This document shows positions 10,155 to 19,215 of a stretch of DNA of 64,000 bases, in pieces (positions within the stretch are counted from its first letter, which is position 1; each line of letters opens with the position of its first letter). The DNA is from Candidatus Hydrogenedentota bacterium (GTDB lineage Bacteria; Hydrogenedentota; Hydrogenedentia; Hydrogenedentales; SLHB01): assembly GCA_045863335.1 (NCBI GenBank), contig BTVY01000030.1, positions 30,799 to 94,798 on the forward strand, read 5' to 3'. Below the pieces are notes generated by a model. That model searched no databases and was not told the origin of the DNA. It worked only from the letters and a program-made list of their open reading frames with translations. Both the position numbers and the translations under genes were made by a program.

Positions 10155-11075
10155 ATGCAAGGCAAACCGTCTCCACAGGGCACCGAAGTACTAGAACAGT
10201 ACATCCAGCGATGCCGCGGATTTCTGGACGGCTGGGTGCGTTTCAACCAAATCATCGCGGCCTATCCCAGTCCGGGCGTCAACAAGCTGCAACTGGAGAC
10301 CATGTTTCTCCAGATCAAGAGCACGCTGGCGCGGGAACACCAGATTCTCCGCGATCGGTTGGGGCCGGACTGCAAGTTCTCCGCGGATATCGTCAACATC
10401 ATTTCCGGCGCCACGACGCTGGATGCCATCTACGCGCAATCCGAGGTGGCGGTGCGCAAGCTGCACACGGAATGGCACCGCGCTTTCATCACCATCAACG
10501 AGACCCTGGGAAACCTCGAGGACAAGCTACGGCGCGCACTGGCCGGGGAGCGCGTCATGGTGGGCAACATCGTGATCCAGGTGCGCATCCGCAAGCCGGT
10601 CCCTGTGCGCCAGATCCTGACGGGCATCGCCGTGGTGCTCGCGATCGCGACCGTCCCGGCGACCATCTACGTGATGCGGAACTTCCTGGGGTTCTGGGCG
10701 CCCGGCGCCGGTGAAGGCATTGTCTACTCCGAAGCCATGACGGACGAAGAGAAGATTCAGCTGCTCCTGACAACGATGAAAAACGCCGTCGAAAATGGGG
10801 ACATCGACGCATTGATGACCACCTATTCCGACGCGTACTCCGACGAGGGCGGGCGCGGCAAGACGGATCTCCGGGCCATGTTGCAGGCCTACAAGGTGGC
10901 CGGAGGATTCGTTGGCTCGCAATTGGTGGTGGACAAGGCCACCATCCAGATCGAAGGCGACTTCGCCCGTATCGAACCCGTTCATTTTGTTGGAAGAGAA
11001 GATCAGCTCAGCATGATCGTCGCGGGAAGCCGTGAAGGCGACCGCTGGCTGATTTCGGCGATCGGCGGAATCTAG
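10155..11075 (+). CDS. hypothetical bitopic membrane protein with C-terminal NTF2/SnoaL-like domain
   Basis: Helical N-domain, one TM segment (ILTGIAVVLAIATVPATIYV), and a C-terminal AVENGDIDALMTTYSDAY...W.I pattern typical of NTF2-like folds. Confidence 0.65.
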   Translation: MQGKPSPQGTEVLEQYIQRCRGFLDGWVRFNQIIAAYPSPGVNKLQLETMFLQIKSTLAREHQILRDRLGPDCKFSADIVNIISGATTLDAIYAQSEVAVRKLHTEWHRAFITINETLGNLEDKLRRALAGERVMVGNIVIQVRIRKPVPVRQILTGIAVVLAIATVPATIYVMRNFLGFWAPGAGEGIVYSEAMTDEEKIQLLLTTMKNAVENGDIDALMTTYSDAYSDEGGRGKTDLRAMLQAYKVAGGFVGSQLVVDKATIQIEGDFARIEPVHFVGREDQLSMIVAGSREGDRWLISAIGGI

Positions 11076-11110
11076 TTCGCATCCGGGTCTCCCCCACGCT
11101 GAATTCCCGC

Positions 11111-12607
11111 CTACTGGGCCACGTCTCCCGCCGGCACTTGATCCCGGTGTTTTGTGAGGTCGGGACGCAACGTCACCGGAAATCCTTGCAGAACATTGCG
11201 GAATCGAAACCCCAAGGGTTTGTGGTAGTCCGGGAACGCGTCACCTTGCGCCATGGGCATGGGACAGTGCCGGCAGCGGATCAACATCATTCCGCCAAAG
11301 AAGAACACCGATCGCGGGAATCGCGTCATGGACGTGGTGACATAGCGCAATGCCCAGAAGAAGGGGTTGCGGGATTGGAGCTGGCTGCTGATATACACGT
11401 AGTCCGAGACGCGCTTCGGAATGAGCGCGAGCCAGCGCGCCCAGAAGCGGTAGCCGTCCATGCGGCTGCGGAACACAGGTCCGTGAATCATGTCTTCCAG
11501 GGTTCCGTGGAACTTCAGCAACCCGCGCATCATGGATTCGTACTGCGCGCCGGCGTACGAGGGATTTTCGAGCAGCGTGCGGATCATGCCGGTCACGGCG
11601 GTTGTGGCCCATACGCCGGAGGAACTGGGGAACCAGATTTGCACAAAGGTCCCGCCGACGAGGATCCAGTTGGCGCCGTACGCCCGGTCCCGGACGAAAT
11701 AGCGGTGGCGCACTTCCTGGGTCGCTACCGCCGTCTGGAAACTGGACCGGTAGTCGATGCCGCGGCGAGCGTAGGCGGCGTCGAGTAACCGCATGACTTC
11801 CTCTTTCGAGAGCCCGGCGTTCCTTTCCGATTGCGAATCGATGCTAATGCCCACGCTGAGCGTATCGCCGAGGGGGATCAACCAGGAGATGCCGTCGATT
11901 CCGTCGGTGTCGCGATCGAGACGCAGTAGATTCGTTCCGGATTGCCACCAACACATTTCGAGCGTCGTGGATTCCGTGTCGCGACGATAATGATCCCACA
12001 CCACGTATTGCTCGCTGCTGATCGACTTCATGCCAACGCCGGCAGCGTTGGCCACGACGCCGCGAGGACCGGAGGTGTCAAATACATACTGCGGCCACTC
12101 GATGGCGTCGCCATTGTCGAGTTCGATGCGCGTGACACGGTCGGTTTCAGAATCGTGGATGATATTCGCGATCTTTCCTTGAATGACGTGGCAGTTGGTC
12201 TCTGAGCACGCTTTATCATAGAGCGCCTGGTCGAAGCCCACGCGGTCCACGTGAATGAGGTACTTTGCAGATAGGGGCTGAAAATCGGCGGGGCGATGAG
12301 CGAAGTCCTCCACCGTTTCCTGAAAGGGCCGCGTCGGATCGCCGAAATGAGCAATCGTAGCGACCTCGCCGTTGAGCAGGCTGATATGGTTTTTCGGGAA
12401 GAAGTACTGTGGGTATAGCCGGCCGTAATGACGCCAGATGTCCGGGCTGGCGCACTCATTCATGGACTCTCCAAGCCGTGGGATCGAGGGAGGCGGGCCG
12501 CCTGCGACGAGATAATGTTCGATGCCCTCGCGCGACAGAGCGTCGCTGACGAGCAATCCCGACATGGAGGAACCTACGACAACCGGCAGATCTGCGTACT
12601 TCACCAT
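11111..12607 (-). CDS. divergent flavin-dependent halogenase / geranylgeranyl-reductase superfamily protein
   Basis: VVVGSSMSG (Rossmann variant), RLGES, HVDRVGFDQAL, VFDTSG, GISWLIPL, NWILVGG and PSSSGV motifs. Start reassigned to ATG 12607. Confidence 0.7.
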   Translation of the reverse strand: MVKYADLPVVVGSSMSGLLVSDALSREGIEHYLVAGGPPPSIPRLGESMNECASPDIWRHYGRLYPQYFFPKNHISLLNGEVATIAHFGDPTRPFQETVEDFAHRPADFQPLSAKYLIHVDRVGFDQALYDKACSETNCHVIQGKIANIIHDSETDRVTRIELDNGDAIEWPQYVFDTSGPRGVVANAAGVGMKSISSEQYVVWDHYRRDTESTTLEMCWWQSGTNLLRLDRDTDGIDGISWLIPLGDTLSVGISIDSQSERNAGLSKEEVMRLLDAAYARRGIDYRSSFQTAVATQEVRHRYFVRDRAYGANWILVGGTFVQIWFPSSSGVWATTAVTGMIRTLLENPSYAGAQYESMMRGLLKFHGTLEDMIHGPVFRSRMDGYRFWARWLALIPKRVSDYVYISSQLQSRNPFFWALRYVTTSMTRFPRSVFFFGGMMLIRCRHCPMPMAQGDAFPDYHKPLGFRFRNVLQGFPVTLRPDLTKHRDQVPAGDVAQ

Positions 12608-12697
12608 CACCCTACCCCACAGCTTTGACGGAAGGAACTTCCGACAGTCCTCACCCTTGCATGTCAAGCTTATCGGGAGCGGGAGCGGGAGTACAAG

Positions 12698-14230
12698 TTA
12701 CCAGTGAGTTGGAAGCTTCTGGAATTCGATGCCTATGCCCGCGAGGTCCGCGCTCATGTCGATGTGGCGACGGTTATTGCGTTTCGGTTTGAACTCTTCC
12801 GGCGTCTGGGTGGGATAGTTGTTGTTGAAGCAGGCCAGGCAGAATTGAGGATTGGGCATGCCGGTGGCGCTGACCATTCCTTCGATGGTTTGGAAGGCGA
12901 GCGAATCGACCTGCAGGAACTCGCGCATCTTATCAACCGACATGCTGTACGCAATCAGCTTGTTGCGTTCGGGCGTGTCGATGCCGTAGTAGCAGGAATT
13001 GATGATGGGCGGACAACTGATCCGGAAATGCACTTCCTTGACGCCACACTTCCGGAGCATCTTGACGATCTTCTTCGACGTCGTGCCGCGCACGATACTG
13101 TCATCGACGAGGACGATGCGCTTACCTTCGACGGCGGTGCGGGCGGGGTTGAGCTTGATCTTCACGCCGAAGTCGCGGATCTGTTGGTCGGGCTCAATGA
13201 AGGTCCGCCCCACGTAATGGTTGCGAATGAAACCCATGTCGAAGGGGATGCCCGATTCGTGAGAGTAGCCCAAGGCAACCTGGTTTGACGAGTCCGGAAC
13301 CGCCATCACCATGTCCGCATCGACGGGGAGTTGCTTGGCGAGGTTGCGGCCAAGCTGTTTGCGGACTTCATCAACACTGCGACCGAAAATGACACTATCG
13401 GGGCGGGCCACGTAGACAAACTCGAAAATGCACGGCGTCGGTTTTACCGGCGCGAAAGGTTTGAAGGACTGGACACCGTCACGGGTAACGACGACCACTT
13501 CTCCCGGTTCGATCTCGCGAATGGGTTCGGCGTCGATGATGTCGAGGGCGCAGCTTTCACTGGCGAAGATGTAAGCCCCGGCGAGGCGGCCCATCCAGAG
13601 GGGGCGGAATCCGTTCGGGTCGCGGACCGCGACGATCTCTTCGCCGTTGGTCGCGAGGACGGAATACGCGCCAATAACGTTCCTGAGCGCGTCGACGACG
13701 CTGTCGGCAAAGGACTCCTCCTGCGACTTGGCGATGAGGTGGATGATGACCTCGGTGTCGGTCGTGGACTGGAAGATGCGGCCTTCGCTTTCGAGTTCCT
13801 CGCGCAGTTGGCCGGCATTGGTCAGGTTGCCGTTATGGCCGAGGGCAATCGCGCCCTTCTTGTAGTCGCGCATGAGGGGCTGAACATTCTTCAAGACCGA
13901 CGTCCCGAAGGTCGAGTACCGGACATGTCCGATAGCGAGATCGCCCTGGAGCGGTTTGAGCCGGTGCGGTTTGAACACGTCGGACACAAGCCCGACTCCA
14001 CGATGGCCGCGAAGCTGGCCGCCGTCGGAGACGACGATCCCCGCGCCTTCCTGTCCCCGATGCTGGAGGGCGTAGAGGCCCAGATAGGTCAGGGTTGCGG
14101 CATCCGGATGGCCAAAGACGCCAAAGACCCCGCACTCGTCCCGGAGCCGATCACCATCCATCGGCCCCCGAGTAGGGTCACTTTCATCTCCCAAATCGCT
14201 GTGGCCATCGGCATCGGTCGGGTAGTTCAT
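12698..14230 (-). CDS. purF: amidophosphoribosyltransferase
   Basis: Propeptide then CGVFG, QHRGQEGAG, GHVRYST, HNGNL, VDDSIVRGTT and Fe-S Cys (CLAC). Start at 14230 overlaps the purC stop (TGATG). Confidence 0.97.
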   Translation of the reverse strand: MNYPTDADGHSDLGDESDPTRGPMDGDRLRDECGVFGVFGHPDAATLTYLGLYALQHRGQEGAGIVVSDGGQLRGHRGVGLVSDVFKPHRLKPLQGDLAIGHVRYSTFGTSVLKNVQPLMRDYKKGAIALGHNGNLTNAGQLREELESEGRIFQSTTDTEVIIHLIAKSQEESFADSVVDALRNVIGAYSVLATNGEEIVAVRDPNGFRPLWMGRLAGAYIFASESCALDIIDAEPIREIEPGEVVVVTRDGVQSFKPFAPVKPTPCIFEFVYVARPDSVIFGRSVDEVRKQLGRNLAKQLPVDADMVMAVPDSSNQVALGYSHESGIPFDMGFIRNHYVGRTFIEPDQQIRDFGVKIKLNPARTAVEGKRIVLVDDSIVRGTTSKKIVKMLRKCGVKEVHFRISCPPIINSCYYGIDTPERNKLIAYSMSVDKMREFLQVDSLAFQTIEGMVSATGMPNPQFCLACFNNNYPTQTPEEFKPKRNNRRHIDMSADLAGIGIEFQKLPTHW

Positions 14231-15120
14231 CAGAAATCCCTGTTCCCCGTGAGTTTTCGGTACGCCTCGATGTACTTTTCGCGCGTTTTCGCAACAACGT
14301 CGTCCGGCAACGGCGGTGGCGGAGAGTCCTTGTCCCACCCCGTCGTTTCGAGCCAGTCGCGGACGAACTGCTTGTCAAAGCTGGGCTGCCCTTTTCCGGG
14401 TTCGTACTGGTCCGCCGGCCAGAACCGGGAAGAGTCCGGGGTCAGGATTTCATCCGCCAGAATAAGGGTACCATCCAAGGTCCCAAATTCAAACTTCGTA
14501 TCACAAAGAATAACGCCCCGCTGCTCGGCATATTCCCTACCACGTGCATAAACGCTGAGTGCGGCTTCGGAGGCGGCGTCGGCCCAGTCTTTGCCGATGA
14601 TTCGGGCGGCTTCCTCGGGCGGGATATTGATGTCGTGGCCGTCGGTCGCTTTCGTCGCGGGGGTAAAGATGGGCTCCTCGAGGCGATCGGATTCCTTGAG
14701 GCCTTCGGGCAGCTTGATGCCGCAGACGGTACCGCTCTTCTTGTACTCTTTCCAGCCGCTGCCTGCGAGGTAACCGCGAATCACGAACTCCACGGGAAAC
14801 ATCTCGCATTTGTGAACCAGCATGGAACGGCCTTCAAACTGGTCTGCATGTTGCTGAAATTCTTCTGGGAAGTCGGCGAGGTCGGCGGAGATGAGATGAT
14901 TGCGCACGACGTCGCTGACCAAGTCAAACCAGAAGAGGGACATCTTCGTGAGGACCTTACCCTTGTCGGGGATGCCGACAGGGTTTATCCAGTCGAAGGC
15001 GGATATTCGATCGGTCGCGACGATGATGAGACGGTCCCCGAGATCGTAGATGTCGCGGACTTTTCCTCGGGCGGTCGGCTCGCGACCCGGAAGGTTGGTT
15101 TCACAGACGGCTTGAGTCAT
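14230..15120 (-). CDS. purC: SAICAR synthetase
   Basis: GKVRDIY, TDRISAFD, RGYLAGSGW, DTKFEFG and DEILTPDSSRFW motifs. RBS GAGGT precedes ATG 15120. Confidence 0.97.
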   Translation of the reverse strand: MTQAVCETNLPGREPTARGKVRDIYDLGDRLIIVATDRISAFDWINPVGIPDKGKVLTKMSLFWFDLVSDVVRNHLISADLADFPEEFQQHADQFEGRSMLVHKCEMFPVEFVIRGYLAGSGWKEYKKSGTVCGIKLPEGLKESDRLEEPIFTPATKATDGHDINIPPEEAARIIGKDWADAASEAALSVYARGREYAEQRGVILCDTKFEFGTLDGTLILADEILTPDSSRFWPADQYEPGKGQPSFDKQFVRDWLETTGWDKDSPPPPLPDDVVAKTREKYIEAYRKLTGNRDF

Positions 15121-15178
15121 CGGTACGTACCTCACTCTTTCGGAAATCCGGTCAGCAATTCGAGGGAATCTGCCCTAA

Positions 15179-16462
15179 TCAGAAGAATGTACCCTGCAGG
15201 TGTTCGCGATTCACCTCAAGCAAGTCGTCGAGCAGCGCGCGGCATCCTTTGGCGTTCGGCATGAGCGGATGGCCGAGCATGGCCAGGTACGCGGCTTCGC
15301 GGCTGCCCGTCACGGCGGCTTCGACGGTAAGCGTCTCGTAGGCTTTGATGTGCTGCATCAATCCGCGAATGGCGGGACTCGGCGCGGATTGTGGAATCGC
15401 TTGAGCGCCGTCCTTGCCGATGATGGCCGGCACTTCAACGGACACATCGTCGTCGAAGGTGGGTACCGCGCCGTTGTTGCGGCAGCACACGATCTGCTTG
15501 TTGCGGGCGTCGTTCTCGATCGCGTCGATGAGATAAAAGGCGGCCGTCGAATAGTGGGCGCCACCGCGCTTGGACAACTCGGGGGGCTTCTCGTTCAGCT
15601 CCTTCTGACGGTACTTCTCGAAAAGGCTTTCTTCGATTTCGACGACTTCCTCGCCGCGCGTCTTGTCCTTGCGCTTGATTTTCGCGAGGGCGGAATCGGT
15701 CGCGTAGAAATACTGAAGGTAGCCATTGCAGAAGGTCTTGAGCGTGGTCATGGCTTCGCGCATGGATTCGCAGATGGCCTCGTCGTCCCACTCCTCGTGG
15801 GCGCGTTCCATGAACCCCTTGAGGGCGGCTTCAGTGATGTCTTTTCCGCCGACAGAGATGGTGCGGACCCAGGAAAGGTGGTTCAGACCGACATAGTCCA
15901 GCTCCACCTCCTCCATCTTGCAGTCGTGATGCTTCACGACTTCCATGATAATTCCGACGGGGATATTGCAGAGACCGAAGCTCGTCACCTTGCTGTGTTT
16001 AATGAGCGCTTCGGTCACGATCCCCGAGGGGTTGGTGAAGTTAACGAGATAGCCGCCAGGGGCATACTGCTCCATGGCATTGGCAATGTCGAGGATGCGC
16101 GGAATCGTTCGGAGCGCGCAGCAGAACCCACCGACGCCGGTGGTTTCCTGGCCGATGATGTTGTGGCGCAGACCGAGTTTCTCGTCGTTGATGCGGGCCT
16201 GAATCCCGCCTACGCGCAACTGGGTTACGACGTATTTGGCGTCCTTGACTGCCTCTCGCAAGTCGCCCGTATGATGTACCGAGAAAGGCGTTCCATGGCG
16301 TTCCGACATGCGCTGGGCGAGCCCTGCGGTAATCTGGAGCCGATCCTGGTTGGGATCCATCATCCAGACTTCGGTTACGGGGATGCGGTCGAGGCGCTCA
16401 AAGAGGCCGTCGACCAGTTCCGGTGTGTACGAACTTCCGCCACCGATTACCGCGATCTTCAT
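15179..16462 (-). CDS. GH4 family 6-phospho-beta-glucosidase (LicH/ChbF-like)
   Basis: KIAVIGGGSSYTPE, GQETTGVGG, NFTNPSG, GLCN, GLNHL and KRGGAHYS motifs. Confidence 0.9.
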   Translation of the reverse strand: MKIAVIGGGSSYTPELVDGLFERLDRIPVTEVWMMDPNQDRLQITAGLAQRMSERHGTPFSVHHTGDLREAVKDAKYVVTQLRVGGIQARINDEKLGLRHNIIGQETTGVGGFCCALRTIPRILDIANAMEQYAPGGYLVNFTNPSGIVTEALIKHSKVTSFGLCNIPVGIIMEVVKHHDCKMEEVELDYVGLNHLSWVRTISVGGKDITEAALKGFMERAHEEWDDEAICESMREAMTTLKTFCNGYLQYFYATDSALAKIKRKDKTRGEEVVEIEESLFEKYRQKELNEKPPELSKRGGAHYSTAAFYLIDAIENDARNKQIVCCRNNGAVPTFDDDVSVEVPAIIGKDGAQAIPQSAPSPAIRGLMQHIKAYETLTVEAAVTGSREAAYLAMLGHPLMPNAKGCRALLDDLLEVNREHLQGTFF

Positions 16463-16768
16463 GAAACCCAAAACCTCCGATAAGCTATTTGATTACTGCC
16501 ACTTAAAGGAAAAACCAGCGCATGGGGGTACCTGATTTCCGAAGCGAACTGCGCTACGTTCCCGCCCAGAAAAAGTACTGCCGCGCAATGATACGAACAG
16601 TGCCCCATAAAGTCAACTTTTCTACGAACACAAGAGCAATACAAAAAGGGTGACAAGTGCGGCAATTTCCGTAGAAAGGACCCGATTTACTGGATTTACA
16701 GGGCGGGTACGCGGTATCGTAATACGGATGGATTTCGGGCACGACGATTGGGAGAGGTCCGTGGCAGT

Positions 16769-17524
16769 ATGATGATAGACACCGACGCGACAACGTTCAA
16801 TTTTGCGTGGGTGCTATCGGGTATCCTGCTTATTCCCTACCTGTTTTGGGGCATCTATCTCCTGCGACAACGGCTGGTGTACCACGCCGAACTGGACCGT
16901 GCCGTCGAGCTTTTCACCATTGCGGCGCTGGTATTCTTTTTCATCTTCGAGTTCACACTACTGAAGATGTATTTAGGCAACAGCCCGGTCAAACTGGTGT
17001 TCAGCACCCTGGGACTGGTCGCGTCGGCACTTGCTCTTTACGGACCTTTGTTAATCTCGTTTGGCTCCCATTTGATGGTGGACTTGGTCATGCCATCAGC
17101 GGAATTCGATCCGAGCGTGCCGCAGTACGGCGCCGCGGCGGGGTGTGAACTCCGGGGGGACTTTGAGGCGGCGGCACGTGAGTATGCAACCATCGCGCGA
17201 ATGTTTCCGAAAGACAGCCATGCGCCGTTGCGCGCGGCTGATAACTTCATGAAGAACGACGAACTGGAACTCGCCCTCCCCTACTTTCTACAGGGCCTCA
17301 AAAACGTGCGTTCCTCGTCGGAAGCGTTGCGGGTGACCAATCGTTTGTTTGAGATCTATCGCCGGAATCTGGATGACAAAGCGAAAGCGAAATCGGTTCT
17401 CGAGGAGTATCTGAAGCGGTTTCCAGACGCTGAATATGCGGGATCGGTTCGCAACCGGCTCGAACGGTTGGATTCGGAATCGCGTGACGAGATCGAGAGT
17501 GAACGAGAAGCGGCGGACAACTAG
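16769..17524 (+). CDS. membrane protein with C-terminal TPR-like repeats
   Basis: Three hydrophobic segments followed by TPR-like helices (GDFEAAAREY..., YLKRFPDAEYA). Confidence 0.65.
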   Translation: MMIDTDATTFNFAWVLSGILLIPYLFWGIYLLRQRLVYHAELDRAVELFTIAALVFFFIFEFTLLKMYLGNSPVKLVFSTLGLVASALALYGPLLISFGSHLMVDLVMPSAEFDPSVPQYGAAAGCELRGDFEAAAREYATIARMFPKDSHAPLRAADNFMKNDELELALPYFLQGLKNVRSSSEALRVTNRLFEIYRRNLDDKAKAKSVLEEYLKRFPDAEYAGSVRNRLERLDSESRDEIESEREAADN

Positions 17525-17955
17525 GGCGCGGGGTCGTTACCCGTTTTCGTGATCCGTTCGGTAGGAATGATGAGCCGTGATCCGCCGACGGCGCGCGCAA
17601 TATCGATGGCACGGACAGCGCGGCCAAAGTCAGCCGCTTCGTCCGCACGCAGGATGAGGGTTGCGTCGGGTTTTTCTTTCAAGAGAGCAACGATGGCGTC
17701 GCGCAAGCCGTCTTCATCGACAGGTCTTCCTCCAAAATAGTAGTTCCCCCGCTCGTCAACGACGATTTCTTCGGGGATGGATTGCGTTTCCGCGGAGGTC
17801 TCCGCTTCCGGGAGATCGACTTCGAGACCGTACCCGTGGCGGAATGTGGATGAGACCATAAAGAAGATCAGCAACAAGAACATCACGTCGATGAGGGACG
17901 TAAGATTGATGTGAGGACGGCGGCGGTGGCGACGCCCTCCGAAAGGTTGACTCAT
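17521..17955 (-). CDS. exbD: biopolymer transport protein ExbD/TolR
   Basis: INLTSLIDVMFLLLIFFMV, VDLP and LILRAD motifs. Start reassigned to ATG 17955. Confidence 0.9.
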   Translation of the reverse strand: MSQPFGGRRHRRRPHINLTSLIDVMFLLLIFFMVSSTFRHGYGLEVDLPEAETSAETQSIPEEIVVDERGNYYFGGRPVDEDGLRDAIVALLKEKPDATLILRADEAADFGRAVRAIDIARAVGGSRLIIPTERITKTGNDPAP

Positions 17956-18190
17956 TGCGCGACTTCCCTGTAATAGCGGGCGATTCGTTGCCCGGCAGCG
18001 GCGGGTTTTCCGGCGCGGCCGACAAAGCTGCAAGATGTTGATTATATTAGAGATATTGCAGACAGGAACGCAACCTCCGGGAGCATTCACTTTCGAGAGC
18101 AGATTTGCCTAAATGACCGATAGTCAGGTAAACTGCTGTGGGAAGGCTCGCGATTGAGGGTTAGAACGCCGAATTGGAGCGGGGATTACC

Positions 18191-19123
18191 GTGCAACAGT
18201 ACCGCGTCTGCGTCGCTGACGACAACGAAGATGGCGCATCCGTTTTGTGTGAAGGGCTAACCATGAACGGCTATTCAGCGTTCACGGTGCATACGGGTGC
18301 GGAGGCTTTGGAAGCGTGTTCAAAAGGGGATATCGATCTTGTCCTGCTTGATGTTAATTTTCCGGACATCAGCGGGTACGAGGTTTGTAAACGTCTCAAA
18401 GAGTCTCCAGTCACGAGCGAGATTACGGTAATTTTCGTCAGCGTGCGGGGAAGCGAAGAAGACATCCTGACCGGCTACCAGCTTGGCGCTGCAGATTACA
18501 TTACGAAGCCGTACAACCTGCCGATGGTCATGGTTCGTGTCGATGCGGCGATGCGCGCGAAGAAACTGCGCGAGCGGATGCCGAACGACACTGACATTAT
18601 CGTGGATTCGGCGTATACGGATCACCTCACGGGATTACGTAACAGCCGCTATCTTTTGGAACGGCTGCAAGAAGAAGTCGAAGAAGCGCATCGCTACGAC
18701 TATCCTGTCTCGTGCGTGGTGTTCGACGTGGACGACATTCACGCGATCGATCCGGATCTTGGGCCCGTGTCGATGGATGATTTGCTGGCGGAACTGGGCA
18801 TGGCGTTGCGCAATTACTCGCGCACCTATGATGTGCTGGCGCGATACGACGGCACCGTCTTTGCAGCGGTCCTTCCCCACACGCCGCTGGAGCAAGCGGT
18901 CAGTTACGCGACCAAGATTCTACGCGAAGTCGACGGTACGACGTTCTCCGATCCCAGTTTTCCCACGGAAGTGAAACTGAGCGTTGGTATCGTTTCGTGC
19001 CGGAATGGCAGCGCGCGCGGCGCGGACTTCGTGCTGGGCGAGGCCATGCGCGGCTTGCTTAAAGCCAAGAGCGCGCCCCCAAACCAGGAGCGCTTGGTTG
19101 CGTTGAATCTGTCGGAGAGTTGA
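18191..19123 (+). CDS. response regulator receiver plus degenerate GGDEF domain
   Basis: REC domain (ADDN, LLDV, DYITKP) and DHLTGLRN. The GG(D/E)EF signature is replaced by DGTVF, preceded by an RTYD I-site. Confidence 0.88.
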   Translation: MQQYRVCVADDNEDGASVLCEGLTMNGYSAFTVHTGAEALEACSKGDIDLVLLDVNFPDISGYEVCKRLKESPVTSEITVIFVSVRGSEEDILTGYQLGAADYITKPYNLPMVMVRVDAAMRAKKLRERMPNDTDIIVDSAYTDHLTGLRNSRYLLERLQEEVEEAHRYDYPVSCVVFDVDDIHAIDPDLGPVSMDDLLAELGMALRNYSRTYDVLARYDGTVFAAVLPHTPLEQAVSYATKILREVDGTTFSDPSFPTEVKLSVGIVSCRNGSARGADFVLGEAMRGLLKAKSAPPNQERLVALNLSES

Positions 19124-19129
19124 ACGCGG

Positions 19130-19165
19130 GAACATCCCCCTCAATCCCCCTTCGAAGGGGGACTT
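19130..19165. repeat. single copy of REP-like family A repeat
   Basis: GAACATCCCCCTCAATCCCCCTTCGAAGGGGGACTT, between convergent genes. Confidence 0.75.
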
Positions 19166-19215
19166 AAGACGGCCCCTATCCGCAGTTGCTGAAAAGCAGA
19201 TGAATTCTCACGAGA

